A DNA stretch of 64,000 nucleotides, taken from an uncultured delta proteobacterium (lineage in GTDB: Bacteria > Desulfobacterota > Binatia > Bin18). The position numbers and the translations under genes are program-made. The stretch is taken from assembly GCA_963733195.1 (NCBI GenBank), contig CAVTCR010000008.1:35031-99030 (forward strand), written 5' to 3'. The notes under the pieces are model-generated. The model was not told the DNA's origin and searched no databases. It worked only from the letters and a program-made list of their open reading frames with translations. Positions 1-11,130 of the stretch are shown in pieces. Positions within the stretch are counted from its first letter, which is position 1; each line of letters begins with the position of its first letter.

Positions 1-17
1 CCGTTTGATCGTGTTCT

Positions 18-377
18 TTATTCTACCTGTTGCTGAATGAGCAGTATCAACTGATCAATTCCGTCACGCCGCTCCAACAACGTTGCCAGTCGTTCCACTT
101 CTGTCGCATCCATGACAAGATCTAAAAATGGCTTCAGTCCATGCACGACTTGACTACCGAGGAAGCTAAGCGGCCCCAATGATTCGAGAAAAAGTAAAGC
201 TGGGACTGCCATATCACGGTCCGCAATACGGCGTGCAATTTTTTCCAGCAACGCGATCTCTTCCGGAGAGAATCCCGGTGCTGGAGGCGTGACTGCAAAG
301 GCGTGAGCAAATTCTTGACGCAACTTTTCCCACAGGCGCACGCGCTCTTGTATCTCAGATTTATGTAGAAGGGGCAA
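18..377 (-). CDS. conserved hypothetical protein (119 aa)
   Basis: Clean ORF; its start overlaps the stop of the ABC 3'-end copy at 361. Confidence 0.75.
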   Translation of the reverse strand: MPLLHKSEIQERVRLWEKLRQEFAHAFAVTPPAPGFSPEEIALLEKIARRIADRDMAVPALLFLESLGPLSFLGSQVVHGLKPFLDLVMDATEVERLATLLERRDGIDQLILLIQQQVE

Positions 378-629
378 TGGCGCGTCGTTCCGATGCGTTA
401 CCTTGTATTTCAGGGTCGTAGAGAAAGCAGCCTACCGTATGTGAGGCAGATTGGGCATAGTTTGGTGGATACTGCTCTCGGCAACGCGGCATCGCATTAG
501 TGCAGCGTGGATGAAAGTGGCAACCGGACGAGGATTGATTGGCGAGGGAATATCTCCAGCCAAGTGAATCTTCTCGACCTTTGTCTGTGGGTCGATTTTT
601 GGAACTGCTGCGAGCGGAAGCTTGTGTGT
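361..629 (-). pseudogene. orphan duplicate 3' end (oligo_HPY C-terminal domain) of peptide ABC ATPase
   Basis: Encodes ...[21 protein letters not shown]...CFLY; DNA closely matches 4010-4216; no upstream ATPase domain. Confidence 0.85.
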
Positions 630-912
630 GCTGACCAGCGCTCCCCATTATTGTACGTTCCGAGCTCGTGCTTTTGCGAATGGCGAGAGTGATGTCATCA
701 ACGCGGCCTCACGGAAACGACGATCGACTTCCACAGAATGATCAGCTTTGCCTTCTACTCGATAACTGACAATCTCCAAGCAAGGATGTGTGGAATTCTC
801 GTGCCTTATCTAAGAGAAACGGAGAAAAAACACGCTGTGTGACTAGAAAGCAAGGAGAGAATGAATCGTCATGAGACGATTCCCTCCGTTCTTCGAAGGT
901 AGTAATTTTCAC

Positions 913-941
913 TTGACGAGTAGCATGGGATTTTGTACTGT
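913..941 (+). promoter_or_regulatory. sigma70-type promoter of TA operon
   Basis: TTGACG-17 bp-TACTGT just upstream of the antitoxin, followed by TAAGGCTTA palindrome and GTAAGAA repeats. Confidence 0.55.
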
Positions 942-965
942 AAGGCTTAGAGTAAGAAAGTAAGA

Positions 966-1246
966 ATGCCTATGTGAGTTGACGAAAATAGCGCCCGAAG
1001 TTTCAGGTGACAATCCAAAGGACGCCCGCGTAGCAGTTGGGCTGGAGGTGGGAGATGTGCGTGGAAGCCACCGTGACCAAAAACGGGGTGCTTCTGCGGC
1101 CTCAAGTGGTCATGGATAAGTCCGCGTTTACCACCTGCAGCAACAGGCAAAGCGCAGCGGAAAAGATAAGATTATCCATGAAGGAAATCGAGGCGGAAAT
1201 CCATGCCATGCATTCAACCAGAACAGCGAAACGCGCTCTCGCATGA
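966..1246 (+). CDS. AbrB/MazE/SpoVT-family antitoxin (frameshifted in read)
   Basis: Across indels reads KFQVTI.KDARVAVGLEVGDV.EATVTKNGVLLRP; its stop overlaps the toxin ATG (ATGA). Confidence 0.75.
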
Positions 1247-1695
1247 CGCCAGCGCGTGGTGTATGACACTAACGTGGTGGTCTCCGCGCTGCTTGAAAGA
1301 GAATAAGTGGACCCGGCGGTCTGCTGATCAGGCTTGCATTCAATGAAAGCATTCATTCCCTGCTTTGTTCTCACAACTGTTGTGCTTAACGAATATGAAG
1401 AAGTGCTCACAGCGGCCCAATTTTAGTTTTGATCTCAACCTTGTCGATCAATTCCTCCGCGATTTTACTGCAAGCGCACCGTAATTGTTGTTCCGAAACA
1501 TCGTGTCATGCCTTACTTTGGATTGAGGCGAACAATCAGTTTGCTGGAATGTGCGCGATCCGCGCGAGCAAAGAGTATTTGAGTAAACGGGCAATCGCAA
1601 ACATTTCCCGTTCGCTGTTTTTGGCAAGACTGCAGATTGTTCAGCCCTGCAGAACTTATAGGCATTTTCACTGGGTAGCCACTCTGACAGAGTAA
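1243..1695 (+). CDS. PIN-domain (VapC-like) toxin (frameshifted in read)
   Basis: Motifs RVVYDTNVVVSALL, EYEEVL, LECA and TGNRKHFP recovered across frames. Confidence 0.75.
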
Positions 1696-1812
1696 AACCC
1701 CTCTATAATTCTCTTCACCTCACTAGCGGAAATGCTGTCTATCTAGGGCAGGGAAAGCAGCCTCCGATTATCCTAGCGCGGCAAGTTCAGCTTTGCGTCC
1801 AAGAGCCTGGTC

Positions 1813-3102
1813 GGGGTCCCAGAGTAACCGTGAAAAAAACGTCGCCAAAAGCAGAGGAAGCGGCGTTTGCGTCAAAGAGGCGTGGGGTGGGGGTTTACAA
1901 AAGGCTAGGCCCTCGGCTAATAACAGTGAAATCGGAGAAGGCAGATTTGAGTATGAGTGAGAAAACGCAAAACCAAACAAAAAGGGAGGAAGAGCAGGCC
2001 CGGGAACGGGTGGAATTGGTGGATTTTCAGTACGGTGTAGGGGACTTGGTATCGCGGCTAGGTACGACCCTTTCATCTCTCGTGGTCTTTGGTGGTGTTT
2101 TATACATAGCGGGCGGACTTTACGCATGGAGCTATTTCTCCGGGTTTGGCGCTGAGTGGTTACTTTGTGAGTTGTCTGCGAACTTCTTCCCTTTTAGCGT
2201 ACTCCTTCAGGTCATCGATCCTTATTGTCTGTGTAGCTGGGAGCACCCGCTTAAGTGTACGAAGAATCGAAAAGGAAATATTTGTGGTCGTGGGTGGTGG
2301 AATCTTAATTCACAACATGAACCTCATAAAGAGTACATGTTGAGTTCTTCTCTTTTTAACCTCTCTTTCTTCCTGAGCATTCCAGATCCTTATACTTTTT
2401 AAAGATCTCGCTTTTTAATCATCCCTGGATGGAAACACATCCGTATTTGGTCTTACGGTATTTCGGTTCTGTGGATACTCGTTTTAGTGGCCTGGGCTGT
2501 AGTTTTCGTACTGGGCTCCACAATAGCTAGAACGTTGATAAATATCATGAGTGCGATAGGATTAATCGTAGTAGTCGTGTTAACCATATGGGTCTTCTTC
2601 ATTTGGGGACAATACTTCATGAGGTATACGACGAGGATTTTTATGTGTGTGTGGGGAATACTTTTCGGAATCGGGGTTGGAGTTAGGGTTCTGACTGAAC
2701 TCGCTCACTCAAACGGAGGCTCCTTACCGCAATATTCTATCCCTCCACCTCGTGGGGGTTGAGTAGCAATGCCTCCTCACTTCTACGTAGCATTTTTTGG
2801 GCTTTTCGTGTTTTCCTCGGCTGATGGGGCAGAACAGAGTTGGTACGACCAAAACGCTAGCCGTTCCAGACTCCCCATTGTAATGCTGAGAGAGGGAATC
2901 CTTCTTTTGCCGCCAAGCGCTCCTTATTACGAGCAGGCGCGTCTATACCGTGATATTACAACCATCGGAAAAGACGTCTAGATGTGGTGCCGTTTTCGTG
3001 GGAGAAGATTTCTCAATTCAAATACCTGAGTTTGGAAGGTGCCCCACTAGTTAGTACGGCTTTGGGCTTAGCGACGTTTTTCACGGTTACTCTGGGAACC
3101 CC
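1813..3102. mobile_element. non-autonomous Tn3-family cassette bounded by ~36-38 bp inverted repeats
   Basis: GGGGTCCCAGAGTAACCGTGAAAAAAACGTCGCC at 1813; reverse-complement copy GGGGTTCCCAGAGTAACCGTGAAAAACGTCGCTAAG ending at 3102; no transposase inside. Confidence 0.7.
1953..2981 (+). CDS. hypothetical multi-pass membrane protein (split by frameshifts), passenger of the Tn3-like cassette
   Basis: Consecutive hydrophobic ORF pieces 1830-2402, 2146-2343, 2487-2762 and 2769-2981; AT-rich. Confidence 0.5.
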
Positions 3103-3842
3103 AACTGCGGAAGTATGGATTTCTCGGTGTTAGCATCGAAGAAATCAAGCATTGCAATAATGTATCTATCAACTAGGGCAAGAATCTCATCGATATCCCC
3201 TGTTGAATGCTGAAAAGACTCTTCCTCTCCCTTATCTGGGTAAAGCAGACTTGGAGCGATCTTAGCTTTCTTATCGGAATCCCACCTCGTAGCGATGAAG
3301 ATCCTGGCTCTTCAACATGCTCAATGAAATTCTTGCGATATATTAACAATCTGCTGTTCAAGGGCGGCGGGCATCTTCAGGATATCATCAGGAACAACAG
3401 ATAGAGACTTTTTCTCACAAATTTTTGCAATGTTTGTCATAAGCTGCCGATGATTCCATTTCGGTTTTCGCCAAAAGTAATAGCTAAACGTGGAGGCAAT
3501 TCGGTCAAGAAGAATGTTTGCAAATACATAAAAGCTTTCGATATCAAGATGTAATACCTAACCGATTTGGTGCAAACGCTGCATTTCGAGCTGTTCCTCC
3601 GGCGTCAGAGTGCGTGAAGATGATTGGCCTGGGCCAGCTTCTGTCTTAACACTGTCGAATCCCTTTATGATCGCCTCAATGTAAGGCGTGCTCAACTGCT
3701 CGTAACGATCACGAATAATTGCCGAAAGTCATGGTACCGAATCCATGAACTTAGAGTCGAATTTAAGAGATTAACGCCATGGATATCTTGATGGCGAACC
3801 CGCGCATTGAATAAAGGCATTGAACCGGACTTGGACAGACAT
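3087..3842 (-). CDS. putative HEPN-domain protein (frameshifted; one in-frame TAG in read)
   Basis: Reverse strand reads LHLDIESFYVFANILLDRIA and YRKNFIEH (R-x5-H); stop codon lies inside the right IR. Confidence 0.5.
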
Positions 3843-3964
3843 AGATTTGCTCTCTAATTTCAGCAAAACCCCAAAATGCCAAGTGTCGCAATTTAGTTAA
3901 CAACTGATCTCCTCTAGCCAACCGCTTTGCCTTTCTCTCAATCACTTGACAATTCCCTCCTGGC

Positions 3965-6010
3965 TTATTTCCCTTGGGCAATATCGCGTGTTTCAGCTTC
4001 TTCGTAGAGAAAACAGGCTGCGGAATGGGAAGTCGAGAGTGGGAATGTTGGTGGGTATTGCTGTCGGCATTGAGGCATAACATGCGGGCAGCGTGGATGA
4101 AAGTGACAACCAGACGGTGGATTCACTGGTGAGGGAATATCTCCGGTCAAGTGAATCTTCTCGGCTTTTGTCTGTGGGTCGATTTTTGGAACTGCTGACG
4201 AGCAACGCTTGTGTGTACGGATGGCGCGGATTGGCGAAAACCTCCTCAGTAGGCCCGTACTCAACGATGCGCCCGAGGTACATGACCGCGACTTCATCCG
4301 CAAGATATTCGACAACTCCGAGATTGTGAGTAATAAAAAGATAGGTCAGTCCCAAGTCGGCTTGCAGTTTTTCTAGCAAGTTCACAATCTGCGCCTGTAC
4401 TGACACATCAAGGGCGCTGGTCGCTTCATCGCAGACAATAAATTCCGGTTCCACCGCTAAACAGCGGGCGATACCGATCCGTTGCCGCTGGCCGCCAGAA
4501 AACTCGTGCGGGTAGCGATAGATCACATTCGGATCAAGACCGACCTGCATAAGGATGATCTTTGGCGCGTTGCTCGCGTTCGTGCCGGTTGTGGCCAATA
4601 CCATGCGCCGCCATTCCTTCCGTGACGATCTCGCCCACCATCATGCGCGGATTCAAGGCAGAGTACGGATCCTGGAAAATCACTTGCAGGCGACGGCGGT
4701 AGGGCAGGAGTGCGTTACGATCAAGCGCGGTAAGGTCTTGCCCGGCAAACAGCACCCGACCCGCGGTCGGACGAATCAGTTGCAGGAGTGCTTTCCCGAG
4801 TGTCGTCTTGCCACAACCCGACTCACCAACTACGGCCAGAGTTTGCCCTTTGCGGATTTCCAGATCGATGCCGTCTACCGCCTTGACGTAACCAACAGTT
4901 CTCTTCAACACTCCCTTACGAATCGGAAAGTGAACTTTGATGCCTTCGAGCCGGATCAACGGAGTGGCCTGAGCTTGACCGGGCACCCGCGGACGTGGCG
5001 GCGGTGGAGTACGAACTTCAACCGGCTCGACTTTTCGTCCCTGTAGTTGTTCATCATAAAGTACACAGGCTGCCGAGTGCTCTTCTTCAATAGGCAATAA
5101 CTTTGGGTCTATTGAGTGGCAGATCTCTTGTACCATGTGACAACGATCAGCAAAGCGGCAGCCCGATGGGTAACGGTGCGGAGCAGGCACTTGCCCCTCA
5201 ATTGTTTGCAGAGCCTGATGGCGTTGCTCACCTGAAGGGAGAGATTGTAAGAGTTTGACCGTGTACGGGTGGGCGGGGTTAAACAAGATCTGCGAGCGTG
5301 TCGCCATTTCGACTATACGTCCCGCGTACATCACCGCAACCCGATGCGCGGTCTCGGCAACAATTCCGAGATCGTGTGTGATAAGAAGGATCGCCGTTCC
5401 TTTCTTCTGTTGCAACTCTTTCATTAACGTAAGGATCTGCTGCCTGAATAGTGACATCGAGTGCGGTGGTGGGTTCATCGGCGATCAACAGCTTCGGCTC
5501 ACAGGCGAGGGCAATCGCAATCATCACTCGTTGTTTCATCCCACCCGAGAGTTGATGTGGATACTCATGAAAGCGTTGCTCGGGATCGGGGATGTGTACT
5601 TGCTCTAAGAGGGCGATAGCTTTTTTATGGGCCTCGGCGCGGCCGAGGTTCTGATGATGCACCAAGGGTTCCATGACCTGAAAACCGACGGTAAGCACGG
5701 GATTCAGCGAGGTCATCGGTTCCTGGAAGATCATCGACATTTCACTCCCGCGCAATTTCCGCTTCTCTGTTTCCGAGAGTCGCAGGACGTCTCGCCCTTG
5801 GAATTCGATCGATCCGCCGGCGTAATGGCCCGCCGGCTGTGGCACCAGCTGCATGATCGAGAGAGCAGTCACGCTCTTTCCTGACCCAGACTCACCGACG
5901 ATTGCAACAGTTTCCCCTTCAGCAACATCGAAGGACACGCCGTCCACTGCGCGTGCGGTACCCTCTCTGGTGTGAAAGTAGGTTTTTAGATCGCGGACAC
6001 GTAGCAACAT
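3965..6010 (-). CDS. peptide ABC transporter, fused double ATP-binding protein (OppD/OppF-like)
   Basis: Walker A GESGSGKS and [22 protein letters not shown] signatures, two HPY domains. Confidence 0.92.
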
Positions 6011-6014
6011 AGAC

Positions 6015-7361
6015 TCACCGAGTTCGCAGGCGAGGATCAAGGGCATCGCGCACAGCATCGCCAAACAGGTTCGCCGGAAGGACGAGGCCAAGCATAAAGA
6101 TAAAAGCGGCAAACAGGTTCCACCAGACGACCGGCTCGCGAGCCAGCTCCAAACGGGCTTGGTTGATCATGTTTCCCCACGATTGCGTGGAAGGATCTAC
6201 GCCAATGCCGACATACGCCAGCACCGCTTCGGCGAGAACCAGACCACTAAACCGTAAGACGATGGAAATCAACACAATGTGAAGGACATTAGGGATGAGA
6301 TGGCGCAGCATAATGCGTAAGCGACTGACACCTAAGGCGTCGGCAGCTTGAACATACTCCACCTCCCGCAGCTTCAAGACTTCAGCGCGCAACAGCCGAC
6401 ACAGCCCAGTCCAGGAAGTAATGCCCATGATCACACAGAGATACACTAGCCGTTTATCCGCCGAGATAATCGTCTCTTCCTCGGTCAGACCCGACCTGGA
6501 AAATCAGCATGGCTGCGGCGATCAGCAAGATCTCAGGGATCGAATCGAGGGTAGAATAGACATACTGAATAACATCATCCACCCACCCGCCAAAGTACCC
6601 GGCGAGCACACCACACAAAATAGCAAAGGGAGTCACAATAAGTGTTGTTAAGATGCCGATAATGAGGCCGGTGCGCACACTCTTGAGTGCGATGTAAAAG
6701 ACATCACGCCCAGTCTTGTCCGTCCCGAGAATGTGATACCCCTGGCTCAGCACTGTGGCTTCAGCAACGAAGACGGCTACGAGCAACAAAAACACACCGG
6801 TCCAAAATCGCTTGCCGATACTCCAGGCGATGAGAAACAATAGCGCACCGACGCCGAGTCCCCACGCGAGGCCAACCAGAGAGCTGAGAGCTAATGTCAC
6901 TCTGGCGAGTTGTCGGGATCCTGCAAATGACTCCCAGCATACTGCAAGCGTGGATACTCGCGGACTTGGCGGCCGTCTGAAAGGACGACGGTTTCTTTAG
7001 AAAAAAGGTGGACCGCGAACGGTGCGGAGTAGGTTTTCTCCCGCTGGTCAATCAATCGCTGACAGAACAAATCGAGAACGCTTTGAATGCTGCCGCCGTT
7101 AGGAGTCTGCGGCGAGACTGGGCGAAAGTGCAGCGTGTCGAGAAAACCGATGGTGCTGTAGCAGCAGAGGATGCCAAAACAAACCATCGCGATACGGTTG
7201 GCTGCAACTTGTCGCATCGCCACCCGCCAGTCCTCGCGACGCAGCGCAAATCCGAGCCAGAGTCCTCCGCCAAGCACGAGGAAGTAGATGAGCAGATCGC
7301 TCCATAACAGTACCGGCCGAAAGCCGAGCGTGGCCCACACATTTTGCAGCGTTCCGCCCAT
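6015..7361 (-). CDS. peptide ABC transporter permease (OppC/DppC-like)
   Basis: [30 protein letters not shown]; split by indels. Confidence 0.9.
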
Positions 7362-7363
7362 GC

Positions 7364-8689
7364 TCACTCCAGCCGTACCCGCGGATCGACCAACGTATAA
7401 CTGATGTCCGTCAACAAAAGCCCCACGACATAGAGAAATGAGCCCAGTGACACCATGGCTTGCACCACGGCAAAGTCTTGGCGTTGGATGGCATCGATCA
7501 TAAACGATCCCATCCCCGGGATCGCAAAAAACGATTCGAGTAAGAGACTGCCGGTAAATAAAAATGGTAGCGATACGACGAGGCCGGTGAGAATTGGGAT
7601 CATCGCATTCTTGAGCGTATGGACGAACAACACCACGCGCTCCGGGAGTCCTTTGGCCCGTGCCGTACGCACATAGTCTTTATTGATCTCTTCGAGAAAA
7701 ATCGTGCGATGAAAGCGGACGCTACCTCCCAATCCGGCGATGACGGCGATCGCGACCGGGAGCGCAATAAACTTGACGGCGTGCACGCCGTAGTCAAATC
7801 CGGAGATTGGCACGAGCCGTAAATCCTTGGCGAAAATGGCTTGCCCGCCGATAATATAGAACAGGGCCGAAATCGACATGAGGAGAACACAGAGTGTGAC
7901 GCCCCAATAATCGAGATAGGTGCCGCGATACACCGCCAGCATCATTGCGAAGACAATGTCGATCAACAGTCCCAACAATAACACCGGAATGGAAATGCTT
8001 AGGCTCGGGCCGATGCGCCGGAAGACCTCTTTACTAATCTCCTTTCCGTCATCCGACTTTCCGTACTGAAAAAACAGCATGCGCAGCGAGCGCTGGAAGA
8101 AGATCGTCTGCGTGAAGCGAGAGAGGAAGGAGATTGGTCCCTGATACTCTATGACGGCACGCTGGGTTGGGGCGGGCGTGTCTACGGTGAACGAAAGCGT
8201 CACCGTCGGTGGTGCTGTTTCTGGCGTTTGTCCGGGGGTGATCTGGAATGAAAAGCGCCGAGTGGTTGTCGTAGCAGGAAGTGTAAGTTTACCGTCGGCG
8301 TCGAAGCCGTCGGGTAACACTAGTCGTTCGGGTGGATTGCTCTGGAGGCGAATCGTGCGTGGTTGAGCATCTTTACTGGTTGGCGGGGCTTCGACCGTCA
8401 GTGCGTAATTGCCCGCTCCGGCAGTCGGAAAGGTTGCCGCATTCTCTGTTTTAGTGGCAACGAGCGAACCCAGCCGACGCCAGCCGGTATTGTAGAAGTA
8501 GGGCAAATCTAAAGAATGCTCGCGTTTCCATTGGTCAATCTGTTCAGGAGTCACGCGCTTCTGCCCAAGATGCGTGCGGGCCATGTTGTCCGGCGAGTTG
8601 ACAAAAAAGAACAACAGAAAGACGAGCACGTTGACGCCGAGCAGAATCGGAATCGCGTAGAGGGAGCGGCGGATAATATAGGCGATCAT
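7364..8689 (-). CDS. peptide ABC transporter permease (OppB/DppB-like) with large periplasmic insertion
   Basis: MIAYIIRR, DYVRTARAKGL, DISYTLVDPRVRL. Confidence 0.92.
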   Translation of the reverse strand: MIAYIIRRSLYAIPILLGVNVLVFLLFFFVNSPDNMARTHLGQKRVTPEQIDQWKREHSLDLPYFYNTGWRRLGSLVATKTENAATFPTAGAGNYALTVEAPPTSKDAQPRTIRLQSNPPERLVLPDGFDADGKLTLPATTTTRRFSFQITPGQTPETAPPTVTLSFTVDTPAPTQRAVIEYQGPISFLSRFTQTIFFQRSLRMLFFQYGKSDDGKEISKEVFRRIGPSLSISIPVLLLGLLIDIVFAMMLAVYRGTYLDYWGVTLCVLLMSISALFYIIGGQAIFAKDLRLVPISGFDYGVHAVKFIALPVAIAVIAGLGGSVRFHRTIFLEEINKDYVRTARAKGLPERVVLFVHTLKNAMIPILTGLVVSLPFLFTGSLLLESFFAIPGMGSFMIDAIQRQDFAVVQAMVSLGSFLYVVGLLLTDISYTLVDPRVRLE

Positions 8690-10937
8690 ACCCGTGTCGC
8701 TCCGCGTTCGCGTCGATAAAGGGAAATGGTTGCCGGGATTGCACTGAGGAGGGCGATTGCCAACGCGACCCACAGGGGTGTGGTGACGGGTTCGTTCCAG
8801 GCAAGGCGCCGCTCGTGTCGAAGCGTTGCGTCGATGCGCTTATACTTGAGCGTATTGCGACCGAAGGCCATCGGCTTCGCGTTGTGATACCAGGCGTGAT
8901 ACAAGCCGAAACCAACCGGATGATAGCCCCAGATCCACGGCGAATCCTCGCGCGCAATAGTCACCATCTCCTGAATGAGCATTGCACGCTCGGGAGAATT
9001 GGCCATGTTCTCGACCTGACGGAACAGGGCGTCGAAGCGGGGATTTTCGTAGTTCGCCGCGTTTTCGCCCTGCGCTTTGACTTTGCCGTTAGGACCGTAG
9101 AGGAGGAAGAGGAAATTCTCCGGGTCCGGATAATCGGCGTTCCATCCCCACTGTAAAATTTGATAGTTCCCTTTGAGCACCTTTTCCTGGAAACGGTTAT
9201 AATCTGTGGCGCGAATCTGTAACTGAATATCAAGCGCGGCAAACTGTTTGCGCAGCCAATCGAGTTGCGGTGCCGCGGCGGCACCTACCGCGGCCGTGTC
9301 GAAGAACAACACTAACGGTTTGCCACTGGTGTCTTTCCCGCCGGGATAACCGGCCTCGGCGAGAAGCTGTTTCGCCTGTTCCAGGCGCTTACGGCGCGGT
9401 CGCTGTTGCTGTTCGTCCCATTCATAGACGACGGGATCGATACCGTCCTTTCCTTCTTGATGGCCAAAAATGGTAGGAGGGATTGGTCCCTGCGCTGCTA
9501 GTCCACGTCCATTGGCAAAGATCTGCAAAAACTCTTCCTGGTTCAGCGCGATCGCGATCGCTTGGCGCAGCTTGCGTTTCTTCTCATCGTAGCCGCCGAC
9601 GACTTCATCAAGCATATTGAACGCATAGTAGTGGGTCGATGGCGACAGTGCGGTTAGCAGGCGGACATTTTTTTCCTGCAGCGCCGGAGTGAGTTCCGTT
9701 TCACCAGTCGAGGTAATCTGAACGGCTTGATCGAACACGTCAGAACTAATCCCAGAATTGTCATAATAGCCTTGGAGAAACTTATTCCACTGTGAGATGC
9801 CTTCTTTTTCTAGCACGTACACGGCTTCTTCGAGGAAAGGGAGGGGTTTGCCGCGATCAGCCAGCAGGCCGCGAGCCTCATCAGTTGGCTCGCCTTCGTC
9901 AGGATAGGTTTCGCCGCGAAAATTGGGATTGCGACGGAGGACCATGCGGAAATTCGGCTGGTTCACTGCCAGTGTGAATGGGCCGGTACCGACGGGGAAA
10001 CGATCGAGGGTGATATTTTGCTCGCGGGCAGCGGCTTGCGTGTAAAAGCGATCCACTTCCCACGGCACCGGGGCAAAGAACGACATGGCTAACCAATAGA
10101 CGAACTGCGGATATTTCCGCTTCAGGGTAATACGAAAGGTCAGTGGATCGACGACCTGTGCTCCAGGAAGATCAAACTGACGCAGGTCGAGATAGATCGG
10201 GTTCGCGCGTTCGTCGGCATCCTGGTTATAGAATACACCCGCGGCTTGGCGCCGCTCCGCACGAATCTTGGCAATCGCCTCCTCTAACAATCTGTGAAAC
10301 TCGGCAAACCCCTCGATGTAGTTACTCAAGAGTGGCGCGATCGGGCAATCAAGCAGAGGATGGGCCAGGCGTTTGATCTCATAGACATAGTCTTCCGCTC
10401 GCAGTTCGCGAGTGCCTGTTTCCGGCAAGTCCGTCGGATGCTCGATTACAGGGAAAGAATCTCCTGCTTGCAAATGCCAACGATACTTGCCGTCGGCGGT
10501 CTGCGTGAATGCCGGGTGGTCTTGGTAACGAATGCCGGGGCGAAGGGCAATTTCATACACCGCTTTCGCAACGGTGTCCGCCGGAGCATCCGTGGAAGGA
10601 GGTTCCCGTTACCGTCATAGAGTTTCGCTTCGGGAACCGTTGTTGCTGTAAGGGGGGTGAGGACGTAGGGGCGTTTGAGGAAATGGTACTGCACGACCGT
10701 TTCATAAATCTGATTCATAAACTCGGCTTCGTCTTCGGAATAGGCACGCGCAGGGTCGAGATGTTTTGGCTCACCAGAGAATGTATCGTAATAGATGTTG
10801 CGACCGGTTTCGTTGGGGCGATACGGATTGTTGGTACAAGCAGCGAAGTGAACGAGAAGCGTAAGAAGGGCACAGTGCAGGAAGTGTGTCCTTTGCTCCA
10901 ACGTGACCGTGAGTGTCCGCAGACGGTGACGATGCAT
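8686..10937 (-). CDS. family 5 ABC substrate-binding lipoprotein with C-terminal TM helix
   Basis: Lipobox FAAC, EPKHLDPA, PVGTGPF, WNADYPDPENFL; one frameshift near 10570. Confidence 0.9.
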
Positions 10938-10995
10938 GAGTTGTTTCTGTGTATCGTAAACTACCGCGGGCGGGCAATCCCGCTCCTTCAGTGGA

Positions 10996-11079
10996 GTACC
11001 GAGTGACGAGCACCGAGTACGGAGCGTTTATAACATTACCTTTCTCTTTCTCATTACTCGTCACACATTACTCATTACT
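10996..11079. repeat. heptamer tandem repeats forming an imperfect hairpin
   Basis: GTACCGA-GTGACGA-GCACCGA-GTACGGA, then CTCATTA-CTCGTCA-CACATTA-CTCATTA. Confidence 0.65.
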
Positions 11080-11130
11080 TTATCCGTGAGCTTGTGTATG
11101 ATGTCACTACTTTCTCCGAAGGAGACGCAC

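Noticed and set aside
648-800. Short minus-strand frame (…EIVSYRVEGKADHSVEVDRRFREAALM…)
   Set aside because: No clear start or recognisable family; cannot be supported as a gene
361-4216. Duplicated 3' end as a DGR template/variable repeat pair
   Set aside because: Differences are not adenine-specific and there is no reverse transcriptase in the window
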